DNA of 64,000 nucleotides from the NCBI RefSeq assembly GCF_009914755.1, contig NC_060947.1. The stretch is one strand, 5' to 3'. Of this stretch, positions 1-15,814 are shown piece by piece. Under the pieces are notes generated by a model. It was given only the letters and a program-made list of their open reading frames with translations. It ran no database searches and was not told the DNA's origin. Position numbers and translations under genes: made by a program. This stretch comes from the human T2T-CHM13v2.0 reference genome, Homo sapiens. Position 1 is the stretch's first letter; the number at the start of each line of letters is the position of its first letter.

Positions 1-192
1 AGGGTTAATACAGATTGGTTTATACATCTATTTGAATATATAAGTATAAATACTTATATATTAAATACATATTTTGCATAATATAATGTATAATATATAG
101 TTTAAAATATAATGTTTAACAAGGGTTAATACAGATTGGTTTATACAGCTATTTTTCCTAATAAGGGTTAATACAGATTGGCTTATACATCT
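1..192 (+). repeat. Degenerate repeat of about 33 bp, TAAGGGTTAATACAGATTGG(T/C)TTATACATC x3, in intron 1; paralogs about 17260-17457 and 63703-63900
   Basis: Units at about 1, 121 and 162, separated by AT-rich filler that differs between copies. Confidence 0.75.
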
Positions 193-493
193 TCAAATAG
201 GTAATAATATTTTTATCTATTTTTGGTTGATGACAGCTGCTTATTCCACAAGCATTCTGATTGATTTGGTTATACCATCTTTCTTCTGTTTTACTTTGTG
301 TACATTAAAATTAGGTTTCTTTTCCTGAGAACAGAGTGTTTGTTGAGACTTGGTAAATCTTGGCTCATGATTAAAAGTGAAATTAATGATTCAAAGTCTT
401 GGTTGTATACACATATGCAGATTGCTTGCCATTTTGTGATTGTTAGATTTTTGTCATGAATAGAATATATTCATTGATGTTTTTCAGGAAACA

Positions 494-3400
494 ATGACCG
501 ATAAAACAGAGAAGGTGGCTGTAGATCCTGAAACTGTGTTTAAACGTCCCAGGGAATGTGACAGTCCTTCGTATCAGAAAAGGCAGAGGATGGCCCTGTT
601 GGCAAGGAAACAAGGAGCAGGAGACAGCCTTATTGCAGGCTCTGCCATGTCCAAAGCAAAGAGTAAGTAAGCCTGTCCTCACGTCCTCCTCATGCTCCTG
701 CCTCATCCCCTCCAGAGAAACTGTCCTTGTCAAGGTTAACAGTTTCGGCTGACATTGCCATTAACTTCTCAGCAGCATTTGACAGTTGTTCACTCGCTTC
801 TTCATGAAAACCTTCTAGGATTTCCATTTCCGACAATCTTTTTTTTTTTTTAATTTCTTGTCCGTATTGGTGAATCCCTATCATTTTTTTCTTGAGATGG
901 ACTTTCGCTCTTCTCAGCCAGGCTGGAGTGCAGTGGCGCGATCTCGGCTCACTGAAATCTCCGTCTCCTGGGTTCAAGTGATTCTTCTGCCGCAGCCTCC
1001 CGAGTAGCGGGATTACAAGCACCAGCCACCACACCCAGCTAATTTTTGTAAGTTTAGTAGAGATGGGGTTTCGCCATGTCGGCCAGGCTGGTCTGGAACT
1101 CCCCCCCTCAGGTGATCCACCCACCTCAGCCTCCCAAAGTGCTGGGATTACACGCACGAGCCACCGCCCCCGACCCCATCATTGTTTTTTTCTACATTTC
1201 TTTTTCTTCTCTTCTCTAAATACTGCAAAAAATTCCTGAACCCCAGCATCTCTCTCTCTCCTTCTATTCCACTCTGCCACGATCAATCACTGAGCTCCTG
1301 AGATACCTCCATGTTTCCCATTATTTCCCGCATCAAACACATACCCTCCAACCCTGCAGCCGGGTCATGATGTTGGCATGTAAATCACGTGATGCCATGT
1401 CGCTCCTGAACACCCATCCTCAACACTCCTAAGCACTCAGAACCGACTGCGAAGCAGCTTTGGTCTGTGAGGTTCTGCGTGGCCTGGCCTCCGTCACCCT
1501 CTCCTCACACGGGCCCCATCATCTCCTGACTCTCTCTGCTACTGTCCTTCACCCCGTAGTGCCCGGTCCATCCCCACTCCAGCCCATATCCTTGGCCTCA
1601 CCGCAACCTGGAACTCCCCCTCTGCCTCTGCGCAGGCAGCTCTGCTTTCTCCTTCAAGCCCTGCCCAAGGGTACCTCCACAGAAGGCTCTGCCCAACCAG
1701 CAGCAGCTCCTGGGGCTCCCTCTGCTGCTGTTGCCCACAGGCCTGTGGACTGCTTCCTTACCACTAGCCCAACACTGTATGTTTCATTTGCTCATTGTGC
1801 ACGTACTGTCTGACCGCCCCATGAGGATGTGAGCTCCAGAAGGGCAGGGAACGTTGCTCTCTGGGCTGTTTACTGCTGATCCCCAGCTACCGGCACGCTG
1901 CCTGCCACAGACGATGAATAAATGAGAGGTGTCAGACCTGGAGTGAAAAGAAAGTCACTTTTGTGAGACAGAAAGGAAGGATGAGGAAAATCATACACTA
2001 AAAGGGATTTTTTGTTGATGGAGTACATATAGAACTTTCAGCAGTAATGGCCACCTCTATTTTCTCAGAATATGTTTGATGTAGAGAGGAGGCTGGTTGA
2101 GGTGTGTCCAAGTTGTCTGGCTTCCAGCTTAGTAAAACATGGCAGTTTGTAAGTGAATTTGAGAAATCATGATATCAAGTGAGACTTGCTGCTTTCAACT
2201 TGTAAAGCATAACAAGCTGAAACTGTCCCATGAGTACCAGGGATCTGTGAATGTTGCTTTAGAGTTGTACTGCCTTACTTGGTTTCCATGTCTATTCATA
2301 GGGCCAGAAAATAAGAGGTGGTTTTATTGTATTATGTGTCCTGGCCTCCGTTTGTCAGGCCTGGGATTTCTCCCTGGTGTATCCTCCCATTTATGAAATA
2401 AATAATTCCCTAGAAACTGAGGAGCACATAGATGTACCCAGAGGGGTGATGAAACACACATATCTCACAGCTCAGCTTCTCAGTTTGATTTCCAGAGCTG
2501 TCATTCATGAGGTCTATGTGGAGGGGAAAGAAAGTGGTCAAACACCAACTGATGGCTTTTACTCAAAATCTGTTTCACCAGAGCTTATGACAGGACATGC
2601 TATTCCACCCAGCCAATTGGATTCTCAGATTGATGACTTCACTGGTTTCAGCAAAGATAGGATGATGCAGAAACCTGGTAGCAATGCACCTGTGGGAGGA
2701 AACGTTACCAGCAGTTTCTCTGGAGATGACCTAGAATGCAGAGAAACAGCCTCCTCTCCCAAAAGCCAACGAGAAATTAATGCTGATATAAAACGTAAAT
2801 TAGTGAAGGAACTCCGATGCGTTGGACAAAGTAAGTAATATAAGAATGTCTGTTTTATAAAACTATAGGAAGTCTCTCTTTCTATGATTCAGAAGATATT
2901 CATGTTGCCTGTTGAGTTTCATTCTTTGCCAGAGTTGAGATTGCACATAATTTATGGTGGTTCCTCTTTTCTTTGACTAAAGCATGTACATTTTTTCTTT
3001 TTCTTTTCTTACTTGGTTATGGTTAAAGGAGTTACATTCGTATGTATGTGCAGGTGTCTTTTTTATTATTTAGGTTTTGTATGTGCAGGTATCTTGATTT
3101 AAGCATTTAAAACATTTCAGCCTCTGAAGCATGATTGCTGAGGTGTAGATTCACTTCTATTCTTCTTTATATTTGATAATACTGAAGTTTTTTTTTTTTC
3201 AACATCTTCAGAATATGAAAAAATCTTCGAAATGCTTGAAGGAGTGCAAGGACCTACTGCAGTCAGGAAGCGATTTTTTGAATCCATCATCAAGGAAGCA
3301 GCAAGGTGGGTAGAAATAGGAACTGTCCAATTTCTTTAAGCACTTGGGCTCAATAGAGCACTGGGGGTGAGCGTTGGGGAACAGCCCCTGCCTTGCGTTT

Positions 3401-4587
3401 CTCAAACCCTGGTCCTCACTCACAGTTATGGCTGTCTCCACAGTTACTTAGGCTAATGTTATCTGAGTGTAACTCATTCTTCGAAGACTATGGAGACTTC
3501 CATTTTCACCATAGTCTGAGGTGCGCATTGTCCCTCAATTGACACTCTTTGTATTTGCTAGACTACCTCTTTTTAAAAAATTTGTGTAGGCACATAGCAG
3601 ATGCATATATTTCTGGGCTATATGAGATATTGTGATACAGACAACAATGTGTAATAATCACATCAAGGTAAGTGGGGTTTCTATCACCTCAAGCTTTTAT
3701 CCTTTGCGTTACAGAGAATACAATTATACTCTTCATTATTTTTAAATGTGCAATTAAATTATTACCGACTATAGTCACCCTGTTGGGCTATGAAATACGA
3801 CATCTTATTTATTCCATACTTCTACGTATTAATCATCCCCACTTCCCACACCCTCCACCCCCACTAACCTTTGTAGCCTCTGGTAACTGTCATTCTACTC
3901 TCTATCTCCATTAGTTCAGTTGTTTTACACTTTTACTCCCAAAAATAAGTGAGAACATGTGAAGTTTGTCTTTCTGTGCCTGGCTTATTTCACTTAACAT
4001 AAGGACCTTTGGTTCTATCCGTGTTGTTGCAAATGACTGAATCTCATTCTTTTTTTTATGGCTAAACAGTACTCTGTGGTGTATATGTACCATATTTTCT
4101 TTACCCATTCATGTGTTAGTGGACACTTAGGTTGCTTCCAAATCTTGGCTACTGTGGATGGTGCTGCAACAAACATGGGAGTGCAGATATCTGTTCGGTA
4201 CACTGACTTCCTTTCTCTTGGGTATATACCCAGCAGTGGGATTGCTGGATCATATGATAGCTCCATTTTTAGTTGTTTGAGGAACCTCCAAAGTGTTCTT
4301 CATAGTTAGTTGTTGTAGTAATTTATATTCTCACCAACAGTGTATGAAGGTTCCCTTTTCTCCACACCCTTGCCAGCATTTGTTATGCCGGCTAGACTGC
4401 CTCTTACCATGCAGATACATTTCTATTTCCATGCTGACTGTTACTTCATCTTTCTATCCATCACAGTGCTTCCTACAGCATAGGTTCTTTGGCTATCTTT
4501 TGGTTAATGACATGTCTCTTTCTTTTCAGATGTATGAGACGAGACTTTGTTAAGCACCTTAAGAAGAAACTGAAACGTATGATTTGA
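494..4587 (+). CDS. CT45A: CT45A family cancer/testis antigen, copy 1 (189 aa; coding exons 494-662, 2582-2830, 3212-3305, 4530-4587)
   Basis: Manual splicing at GT-AG sites (ttttcag|GAAACAATG at 488, AAGA|gtaagt, ccag|AGCTT, CAAA|gtaagt, tcag|AATAT, CAAG|gtgggt, tcag|ATGT) gives 570 nt: [32 protein letters not shown]...[19 protein letters not shown]...[22 protein letters not shown], recognised as CT45A. Exon 1 lies upstream of the window. The paralog number cannot be assigned from sequence alone. Confidence 0.95.
884..1175 (-). mobile_element. Alu (S-type) in CT45 intron 2; paralogs 18149-18440(-) and 62720-63011(+)
   Basis: Canonical Alu dimer sequence with poly-T head. Confidence 0.9.
3570..4390 (-). 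mobile_element. Old L1 (L1MA-type) 3' fragment in last CT45 intron; paralogs about 20835-21655(-) and 59505-60325(+)
   Basis: ORF2 C-terminal-like peptides [15 protein letters not shown]...WYIYTTEY. Confidence 0.8.
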
Positions 4588-5221
4588 GAATACTTGTCCC
4601 TGGAGGATTATCACACCCCAAATGCATAATCTCGTTAATGATTGAGGAGAGAAAAGGATCAGATTGCTGTTTTCTACAATGGAGCAGGATATTGCTGAAG
4701 TCTCCTGGCATATGTTACCGAATCAACTGGCCTTCCAGAGGCTAAGAAATTTCTGTTAGTAAAAGATGTTCTTTTTCCCAAAGCGTTTTATTTGAAAGGA
4801 TAACTTGTGTTTTGGTTATTTTGTATTCCCACCTGTGCTGGTAGATATTATTAACCCATTAGGTAAATACTATTACAGTCGTGGTTTCTGCAGCAGCTCA
4901 CACTGATGTAGCTGGCGTTTATAACTACCTTCTTTCGCTACCCGTTTCGCATTCCCTTTGCCCTGAGATAGCATGTCAGTTGGTCATGATGCTTGGCCTG
5001 GCAGGATGACTCAAACCTTCATTACGGAAGAGTCTGAACCATTAGATATCCTGCCTGGATGGGGTTGCTGTGATTTTCCATTAACTCTAATCGAAAAACA
5101 CAGGAGGACTAAGAAGCTCTCTAGACATATCACACATACTCTTCCTTAGCCCCTCATGTGGTGGGAACCCGATCTCAATGTTGAAATCTGTATCATCAGC
5201 CTTCAACGAAAAGGCAGAACT

Positions 5222-5235
5222 AATGGGAGATTTTA

Positions 5236-5272
<37 letters not shown>

Positions 5273-5412
5273 GGTAGGGGGTATATATACATGCACACAC
5301 ACACTTTCTAATCTCCCATTATACATATAATACACATTACACATATTATATATACACCCCCATATATATATATGTATGCGTGTGTGGGGGGGTATATCCA
5401 ATATATATAATA
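5222..5412. repeat. Compound (TG)n/(CA)n/(TA)n microsatellite; variants at 22488-22846, 34228-34565 and 58155-58675
   Basis: Alternating purine-pyrimidine tracts interleaved with TCTCCCATTATACA units. Length differs in each paralog. Confidence 0.9.
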
Positions 5413-5514
5413 AAGGTAGTTCCTAGATAGGATTGGTCTGATACAATAATTTGGAGCTGCAGTAGCAGTCCCTGTAAGGCTGTTGTTTCCAGATACGACT
5501 TGAACGTTCTATGC

Positions 5515-5817
5515 TTTTTATTTTTTTTAAAGACAGAATCTTGCTCTGTTGCCCAGGCTAGAGTGCGGTGACACGATCACAAGTCACTGCCACCTCGACC
5601 TCACCCCAGTTCAAGCGATCCTTGTGCTTCAGCCTTCGAAGTAGCTGGGATTACAGGTGCACCACAGGTGCCATCACGCTGCAATTTTTGTATTTTTAGT
5701 GGAGATGGGGTTTTGCCATGTTGTCCAGGCTGGTCTCGAAACCTGGCCTCAAGTGATCTGCCCATCTCAGCCTCCCAAGGTTCTAGGATTACAGGCATGA
5801 GCCACTGCACCCAGCCC
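5515..5817 (-). mobile_element. Old Alu downstream of CT45; paralogs about 22950-23255, 34665-34972 and 57749-58054
   Basis: Alu dimer flanked by TTCTATGCTTTT on both sides (TSD). Confidence 0.85.
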
Positions 5818-5884
5818 ATTCTATGCTTTTTTTAAAAAAATTAATTCATTCAATTATTCAACAAATATTAATTGTGCCAGGTAC

Positions 5885-7736
<1,852 letters not shown>

Positions 7737-7739
7737 CAA

Positions 7740-9660
7740 CTTTCATTTTGGTGGAATCACTTTGGTTTCCCCTGTTGAAAAAATTCCTCAATGTGTAACT
7801 AAGTCCTCTAGTCCAGCAGAGCCAAAAGTTGGCTTCTTGGTGCACAGTTTGCTTCTTGAGCATAAGAAGCAACATTTTGTTACTAGATACCCAGGAGTAA
7901 TAGTGAGAGAAGGCCCACATATTGCCTCCTTCATTCTTGAAGTCATAAATGTGGCTATGGGAGAAATAGTTCCATATACTTGAGGCTAGGATTCAGCTTT
8001 GCCACTTTCTAGATTGTCAGCCAAGCCCCACAAGGCACTGCCACAAAGCTGCAATGACAACTCAGGCTTTAAAAGGTCCTCCAATGTTCTATTGAGCTAG
8101 CCATTTCAGGATGTTGAAGAACATCACAAGACTAGTGAAGTACATTAGCATGAGCCCATTCCCATACTTCATTGCCTGTAAAGTGAGTTTGATGTTTAAA
8201 ACTGGTGCAGTGTGGAATACCACGATGGTGGATACAGCCTTTCCTCATACCACAGTACCGATTTCCTTGAAGTTCCATGGGTGGGAATGAAAATCCATAT
8301 GCAGAATAAGTGTCTATTTGAGGAAGATCAAAGTGATACCCCTTCAATCGTGGAAGCAGACCCAAGTAATCACAGTGCTACCTGGAAGCTGACTGACCAC
8401 TCTGGGACATGGTGCCATATTGGGGACTCAGTGTTGGTCTCTGCTGCTGTCAGATTGAATAGTGAGCAGTGGCTGTAGTGAGATGGACCTGGTAAATGAA
8501 AGTTCATGTTGCCAAACCCGTAAATAAGCTTTATCTCAGCCACCATAATCATGATGCACCATTACTGCTTAGAAGATAGAGGGGTGCACCCAAGTAGGTA
8601 TGGAGGGGTCTCAGGTAGCTTAGAGTGGCCTCAGCCAAGACCGCAAGTATACGGCTACCTCAGTTCCACAACTTTAAGAAGTTAGACCTGCCCGTAACCC
8701 AAATGTGCTTGAAAACAGGTTCTCTCTGAGTCCTTAGTTAGTCAGCAGCCTGGTTGATACCCTAACTTTGATTTTGTGAGATCCTAAGCAGAGAAACCAA
8801 TCCAGCCTGCATGGATTTCTGATCTACAGAACTGCTTATATATTTGTGTTATTTTAAGCTGCTGAATCGGGGACAATTTCTTTTGCATTAGTAACAAACC
8901 TAATAGATGTGGTGCCTGCATATTCTGAAGTAACAAATGAAAATCAGGCATGATGTTTTTTATTTTCTAGTCAACTGGTCTCAGGGAACTCCACATGAGA
9001 CCACAGGTGCAGGATTAGGGAAGCTTCTCTTTTTCTGGGCCCCGGTCCATGCTAGCAGGGTTTCAGTCACTTGTCAATGGGTCCACGGTACTGCACAACA
9101 TTTAGGTATATGCTAAAACAAGCATCTATTATGCAACTCGTTTCATGTTCCTTATTTAGTAGTAAGAAAGGCAAGATGTAAGAATTTGCTGTTCACCTTA
9201 TAACCACCATCTTGACATGCCAGACTACCAGATTGTTAAACGCTTCACTCAGTTAGAAGGCCCCTGATTTTGTGTGAGAATTATTTCTCACATAATGTCT
9301 TGCAAGTGTGTTGCTACCATGTCTGGATTAGTTGCTGCCTCCTTTTCAGTCAGCATAATGTCATCACTGCAAAGAATGGTGTCACATCTGGTTTAAGAGA
9401 AAGGTGGCCATTTTCCCTAAGAACTCGTTTAGGATATAAACCTAGAGAGTTGATATAAGCTTGAAATAGGAAATGATAGTACATTGCTGTCCTTTCTAGC
9501 TGAATTGAAATTCTTGTTTACGACAATTACTGAAAGAAAGCCAAACATTCACCTAATCAGTATTGTATATCAGGTTCCGAGGGATGTCACAGTTGCTGAC
9601 ACAACAAAACCACTTGTAGTACAGCAGCTGCAGTTGGAACAACAATTTGATTAAGTTTAT
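7740..9660 (-). mobile_element. Degenerate ERVL-type internal (pol) sequence interrupted by an MLT1-like LTR (about 8630-8905); related pieces about 10850-11650, 27680-28660, 36800-37550 and 52345-53325
   Basis: The paralog at 52343(+) translates HKLNQIVVPTAAAV, resembling ERVL RT (KLNQVVTPIAAAVPDVV). The MLT-like end is GATTTCTGATCTACAGAACTG...TTTTAAGCTGCT. Confidence 0.55.
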
Positions 9661-10035
9661 GGTGCAATCTCGGCTCACTGCAACCTCCACCTCCCGGGTT
9701 CAAGCAGTTCTCTTGCCTCAGCCTCCTTGTGTAGCTGGGACTATAGAAACGCATTATCACACCTGGCTAATTGTTTGTATTTCTTAGTAGAGACAGAGTT
9801 TCACCATGTTGGCCAGGCTAGTCTCAAACTCCTGACCTCAAGTGATATGCCCACCTCAGACTCCCAAAGTGCAAGTGCGAGCCACTGCGCAGGGCCCCAG
9901 CTATTTTTTGTATTTTTGGTAGAGATGTGGTTTCGCCACTTTGGCCAGCCTCGTCTGGAACTCCTGACCTCAAGTGATCCACCCGCTTCTGCCTCCCAAA
10001 TCCTGGGATTACAGGCGTGAGCCACTGTGTCCGGT
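9661..10035 (-). mobile_element. Alu with duplicated left monomer; paralogs 28660-29040 and 51964-52344
   Basis: Two successive CCTGACCTC..GTGAT..CCCAAA left-arm segments. Confidence 0.8.
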
Positions 10036-10364
10036 GAAAACTTCACTTTTAAGTGAAACGCAGAAGCAAAATCTGATAATCAGAAAATGAGATACTGCGT
10101 GTTCTCATTCATACGTGGGAGCTAAACAATGGGTACACATGAAAATAAAGGTAGAAACCATTGACTCTGGGGACTCCAAAATGGAGGTAGAGGGGAGGGA
10201 GGGAGCGGGTCGGAGGGTTGAAAAACTACCTATTGGATACTCTCTTCACTATTTGGGTGATGAGTTCACTAGAAGCCCAAACCCCGGCACTGTGCAATTA
10301 TATCCAAGTGAGAAATCTGTACATGTACCCTTCTGGCATCTATAATTTTAAAAAAGCTAACAAA

Positions 10365-10840
10365 GAAAGCTTCAGTTTTAAATCTTAACCAAATACACAG
10401 GAAAAGGATTACTATACTTGGACACCTTTACAGGTTTCTATGTTAGTTTTTGGTATTAAAGCAGAAACCTGTTCCTCGACCACTTTATTAATTGTATGTC
10501 CTCTTTGTACAAACATCGGAAATAGAAGACTGTCACTTTTGGTTCTGTAACTGTCTTGACTGCAGTCTTCTACAGCTTTCACAGAGTTAATGGTCCCTAG
10601 TATCTGCCATTCTCCAATTGCCCTGGGTGGCGAAATCGCTGCCATAGTAAACTTTTCACTGATAATTAGAGTTTCTGGAAACATGCAGGGCTCGTTATTT
10701 AAGAGTGACTCCATTTGGGCATTTTGGTGGATGGCCTACAGGTTTTCTTGCAGAGTATACTAGAGTCTCCAGAATGAATAACCCTAGGAACTTGAGGAAC
10801 TAGCGCTTTCCAGAATTTTGGAAGCCGAGATACAAACATT
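10365..10840 (-). pseudogene. Third, truncated MGAT2 pseudogene fragment (C-terminal codons plus start of 3' UTR)
   Basis: ORF 10412-10714(-) MESLLNNEPCMFPETLIISEKFTMAAISPPR matches the recalled MGAT2 C-terminus IESLLNNNKQYMFPETLTISEKFTVVAISPPR. Paralogous to 29374-29850. Confidence 0.85.
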
Positions 10841-11914
10841 GGTTTTCTCAAAAGCACTGCAAGTGGGAAGGAAAATCCATATCTAGACTAAATGTCTGTT
10901 CAGGTAAGAAGAAAGCACTTCTCTTTTTATAATAGAAGTGATCTATTGTAATCCACATACCAACTAGTGGCTGGCAGATCATTCTGGAGTCTGGTGCCAA
11001 ATTGGGGGCTTAGTGTTGGTCTCCATTCCTGGAAGATTTTTCACTCAGCAATGACCGTAGCCAGGTTTGCCATGGTGAGTGGAGGTCCATGCTACTGCGC
11101 ATAATCTCCAACCCTGCCAGTTTGACCACTTTGTTTGTTGAGCCGGTAAGATTGTGACACACGTGTTAGGGAAAGAGGCTGATTAATACCTAGATAATAA
11201 GTACCTTATCCATCTGATTATTAAAATTCTGCTCTGCTGAGGATACCCTTTGCTGAGAACTCTCATGAGACCCCAATATCTTCACATTGTATGTCCGTTT
11301 GGACAGGCCTGTCCACATATTTTTTTTTTTCTCAGACTTCTTTGTCGCACATTTTTAATCGTGTGTTCTCAAAGTCCCTGACAATTCAGCGAATGAGTGG
11401 GACACAGCCTATGCATGATACATACTTACACGTCTGGATATGCCTCCTCCAAGAAGGTGCACTGCTCAAAGTTCTTCCCTCTGGGAGGATTTCCCTTCAT
11501 CACTGTCCTTCAGGGCTGTCCCAGTCAGGACTGTCGTATGCAGCTGTCCACTTGTGGCTTGTGTGGTAGGCAGGATTCTAATTAAGCCCCAACAAGATTC
11601 CAGTCTCATGGTTATTCAATCAAATACTCCTATGAGTACTGCTCTGGTGGGATTTTTTTAATGCAAAAAATGAGTATTTTATTTTGATAGCACTAGAGGA
11701 AACAAACAAAACAACTGTTCCTACATCAAAGTGAAAACAATGTTTAAGCTTTCCTATCAATCAAATATATTCCAAAAGAAAATGTGTTCTATGAAGGTTC
11801 TGAAGCACAGGCAAATATTAACACAATAGGCTAAGAAGCTGTAATACTGAATATGACTCTCTTCTAACAGGGTACTTAACAAACATAATTTTTAATTTTA
11901 ATTTTAATTAATTA

Positions 11915-13835
<1,921 letters not shown>

Positions 13836-13849
13836 GCGATTTCATCCCG

Positions 13850-14900
13850 CTGGGTGAGAAGGTTCTGCATTCCTCCGCATACGTTGCTGTGCAGTTGTTA
13901 CTGAAGGTCGCCTGTAGAGGGCGCCAGAGTCAGCGAAGGGGAGGGCTGCGCTTCCTGGTTCTCTGGGGCACGAGGCTTCTCCTCAGCACTCTGGCGCCCC
14001 CAACAGGTTCCCAGTGTTCGGCTGGGGCAGGCACGCTGTGGCTGGCTACTTCCCTTCCTCCCATCCCCCTTGGGCCAAACGGGATCGGTGCTTCTGGTGA
14101 GACGCCTCCCCATGCACATCACTCCCAGGTGCCCTAGGGGGCACATTTCCCACAACTCCCAGAGGGCAGGTTTCTAGAAAGTGCCACCAGTGGGGAGGCG
14201 CCACAACTTCACTGCCATTTTGTGAGGTGCCGCCGTCTCTCCTCCAGCAAGGTCAGGACTTCAGGACTGTGAGTGGGCAGTTTTTCCCTGGATGCTTTAA
14301 TTTCGCCCTGGAAAGTGTCCTTTTTCCTCAGAAAGAGTCTTTTCTGTGGTGTTCTCTGTCCGGTGTGTGGGAGGGCTCCCTTGGGGAAGTGGCTTAGCTC
14401 TGGGGACACCGCCATGGGCGCCTGTGTCAGCCGCGGGGGAGCGTTTTCCTTGGGCACCCCGTCTCGGCTATGTTGTGGGGCCAGGGGGCTTTTCTTGGGG
14501 GCTCTTCTTGGGGGCTCCCTGTCGGTGATGGAAAAGGCGACTTTTCCTGCTGAAATGACCTGAGCCCGGGGGGTGGGGGCCATGCCTTGGTTGCCTGTGT
14601 CGGCCTCGGGTGCGGCAGTGTTTCTTTCCCGCTCAGTCGCTGTCCTGAGGGGGGACTCTGCCCTGGGGACACTATCTGTGCTCATGGAACGTGGTGGGGG
14701 TGGCTGTGCCCCGGACACATGATCGTAGCCCTGTGGGGTCACTGTCGGGGGCTTTATCTCAACCTCTGGTGGACTCTTCCTTGGGTACTGATGTCGGCCG
14801 TGAGGCGCATTTGTCCTCGGATGTTGCTCGCTCTCAGTTACAATGTGTTGGCTTTTCTTTGGTTCTGCTTATCCCCGTTGTGGACGCTTACTGGATGGAT
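13850..14900 (+). promoter_or_regulatory. GC/CpG-rich promoter and non-coding exon 1 of CT45A copy 2
   Basis: The only CpG-rich block upstream of the ATG exon. It has a ZNF143/SBS-like motif TTTCCCACAACTCCCAGAGGGCA (14146-14168), a YY1-type GCCATTTT (14214-14221), and candidate donors CAAG|gtcagg (after 14251) and GACT|gtgagt (after 14268). Confidence 0.75.
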
Positions 14901-15814
14901 GCTTTCTCTTGGTGCTGGGTTTTTAAAATTATTATCTGTAGGTGCTCTCTCCCGGTGCCGCCGGGGAATGGGGTAATGTTCCTTGGATTCTCTAAGCCTA
15001 TGGTGGGACTCAGGGAGCTCTGTGTCAGCCATGAAGGAGGCCACGTGACCTTGGGAACTCTGTCTCGACCCAGGTTGGGGTGCTTTTCCTCGGTTGGTTG
15101 ATCGCAATTCTGAAGGAGCTCTTTCCTGGGATTCTATCTGACCTTTCAGCCACAGCCTCAGGTGTCTGTGTGGGAATGGGAGTCCAGAAATATTCGAAGG
15201 TTCCAGCTGTGCCACATTCGAACACTCGCAGTACAGTTAGTCTTTCATTCCAGCCACTCTGATGGGTGTGCAGTGATCTCTCCTTGTGTCTACACTCGCA
15301 TTTCTCTGCTGATTAATGAGATCGAGCACCTTTTTAAGAAATTGTTTTTATTTATTGATTTTTGTTTGTCTTTTGAGATGAGGTCTCCCTCTGTCACCCA
15401 GACTGGATTGCAGTGCCACCACACCCAGCTATTTATTGTTTTCTTTTTTTTTTTTTAGCACCATTTTATGTGTTTATTGGTCATTTAACTATGCCTTTTA
15501 TGAAGTTCCTTTTCAGGTATTTTCCCCCAGCTTTTACTGAGATGTTTGTATTTTAAAAATGGATGTGTAGTTTCCATATATTCTGTATTTGAGTCATACG
15601 CACAGGCACACAGGCGTATATGTACATATACAAAAATACATATACAATTTTAGTATCTTCTATAAATCTTTTTTGCTTTTACACGATCTCAATAATGTGT
15701 TGTAGATGAACAGATTCTCTTAATTTTATTAATTAGTGTATTATTTATGGATAGTGCTTTTTATTATTTTAAGAAACATCTTTGACTCACCCAATGCCAT
15801 TACGATAATATTCC

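Noticed and set aside
1-192. CRISPR-like or telomere-like array
   Set aside because: Only three degenerate units with irregular low-complexity spacers, in primate intronic DNA. TAAGGG is not tandem TTAGGG.
690-1157. 155-aa antisense ORF conserved in all three copies
   Set aside because: Mostly Alu-derived, and its conservation simply reflects recent duplication or conversion.
2377-2838. 153-aa ORF as a standalone gene (also 19641-20102 and 61057-61518)
   Set aside because: Only 2582-2830 is the spliced CT45 exon. The ORF begins at an intronic non-ATG codon and ends 8 nt into the next intron.
14209-15215. Overlapping 120-177 aa ORFs here and at 39464-40888
   Set aside because: Stop-poor GC-rich promoter DNA. 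Frames and endpoints are not conserved between the two paralogs.
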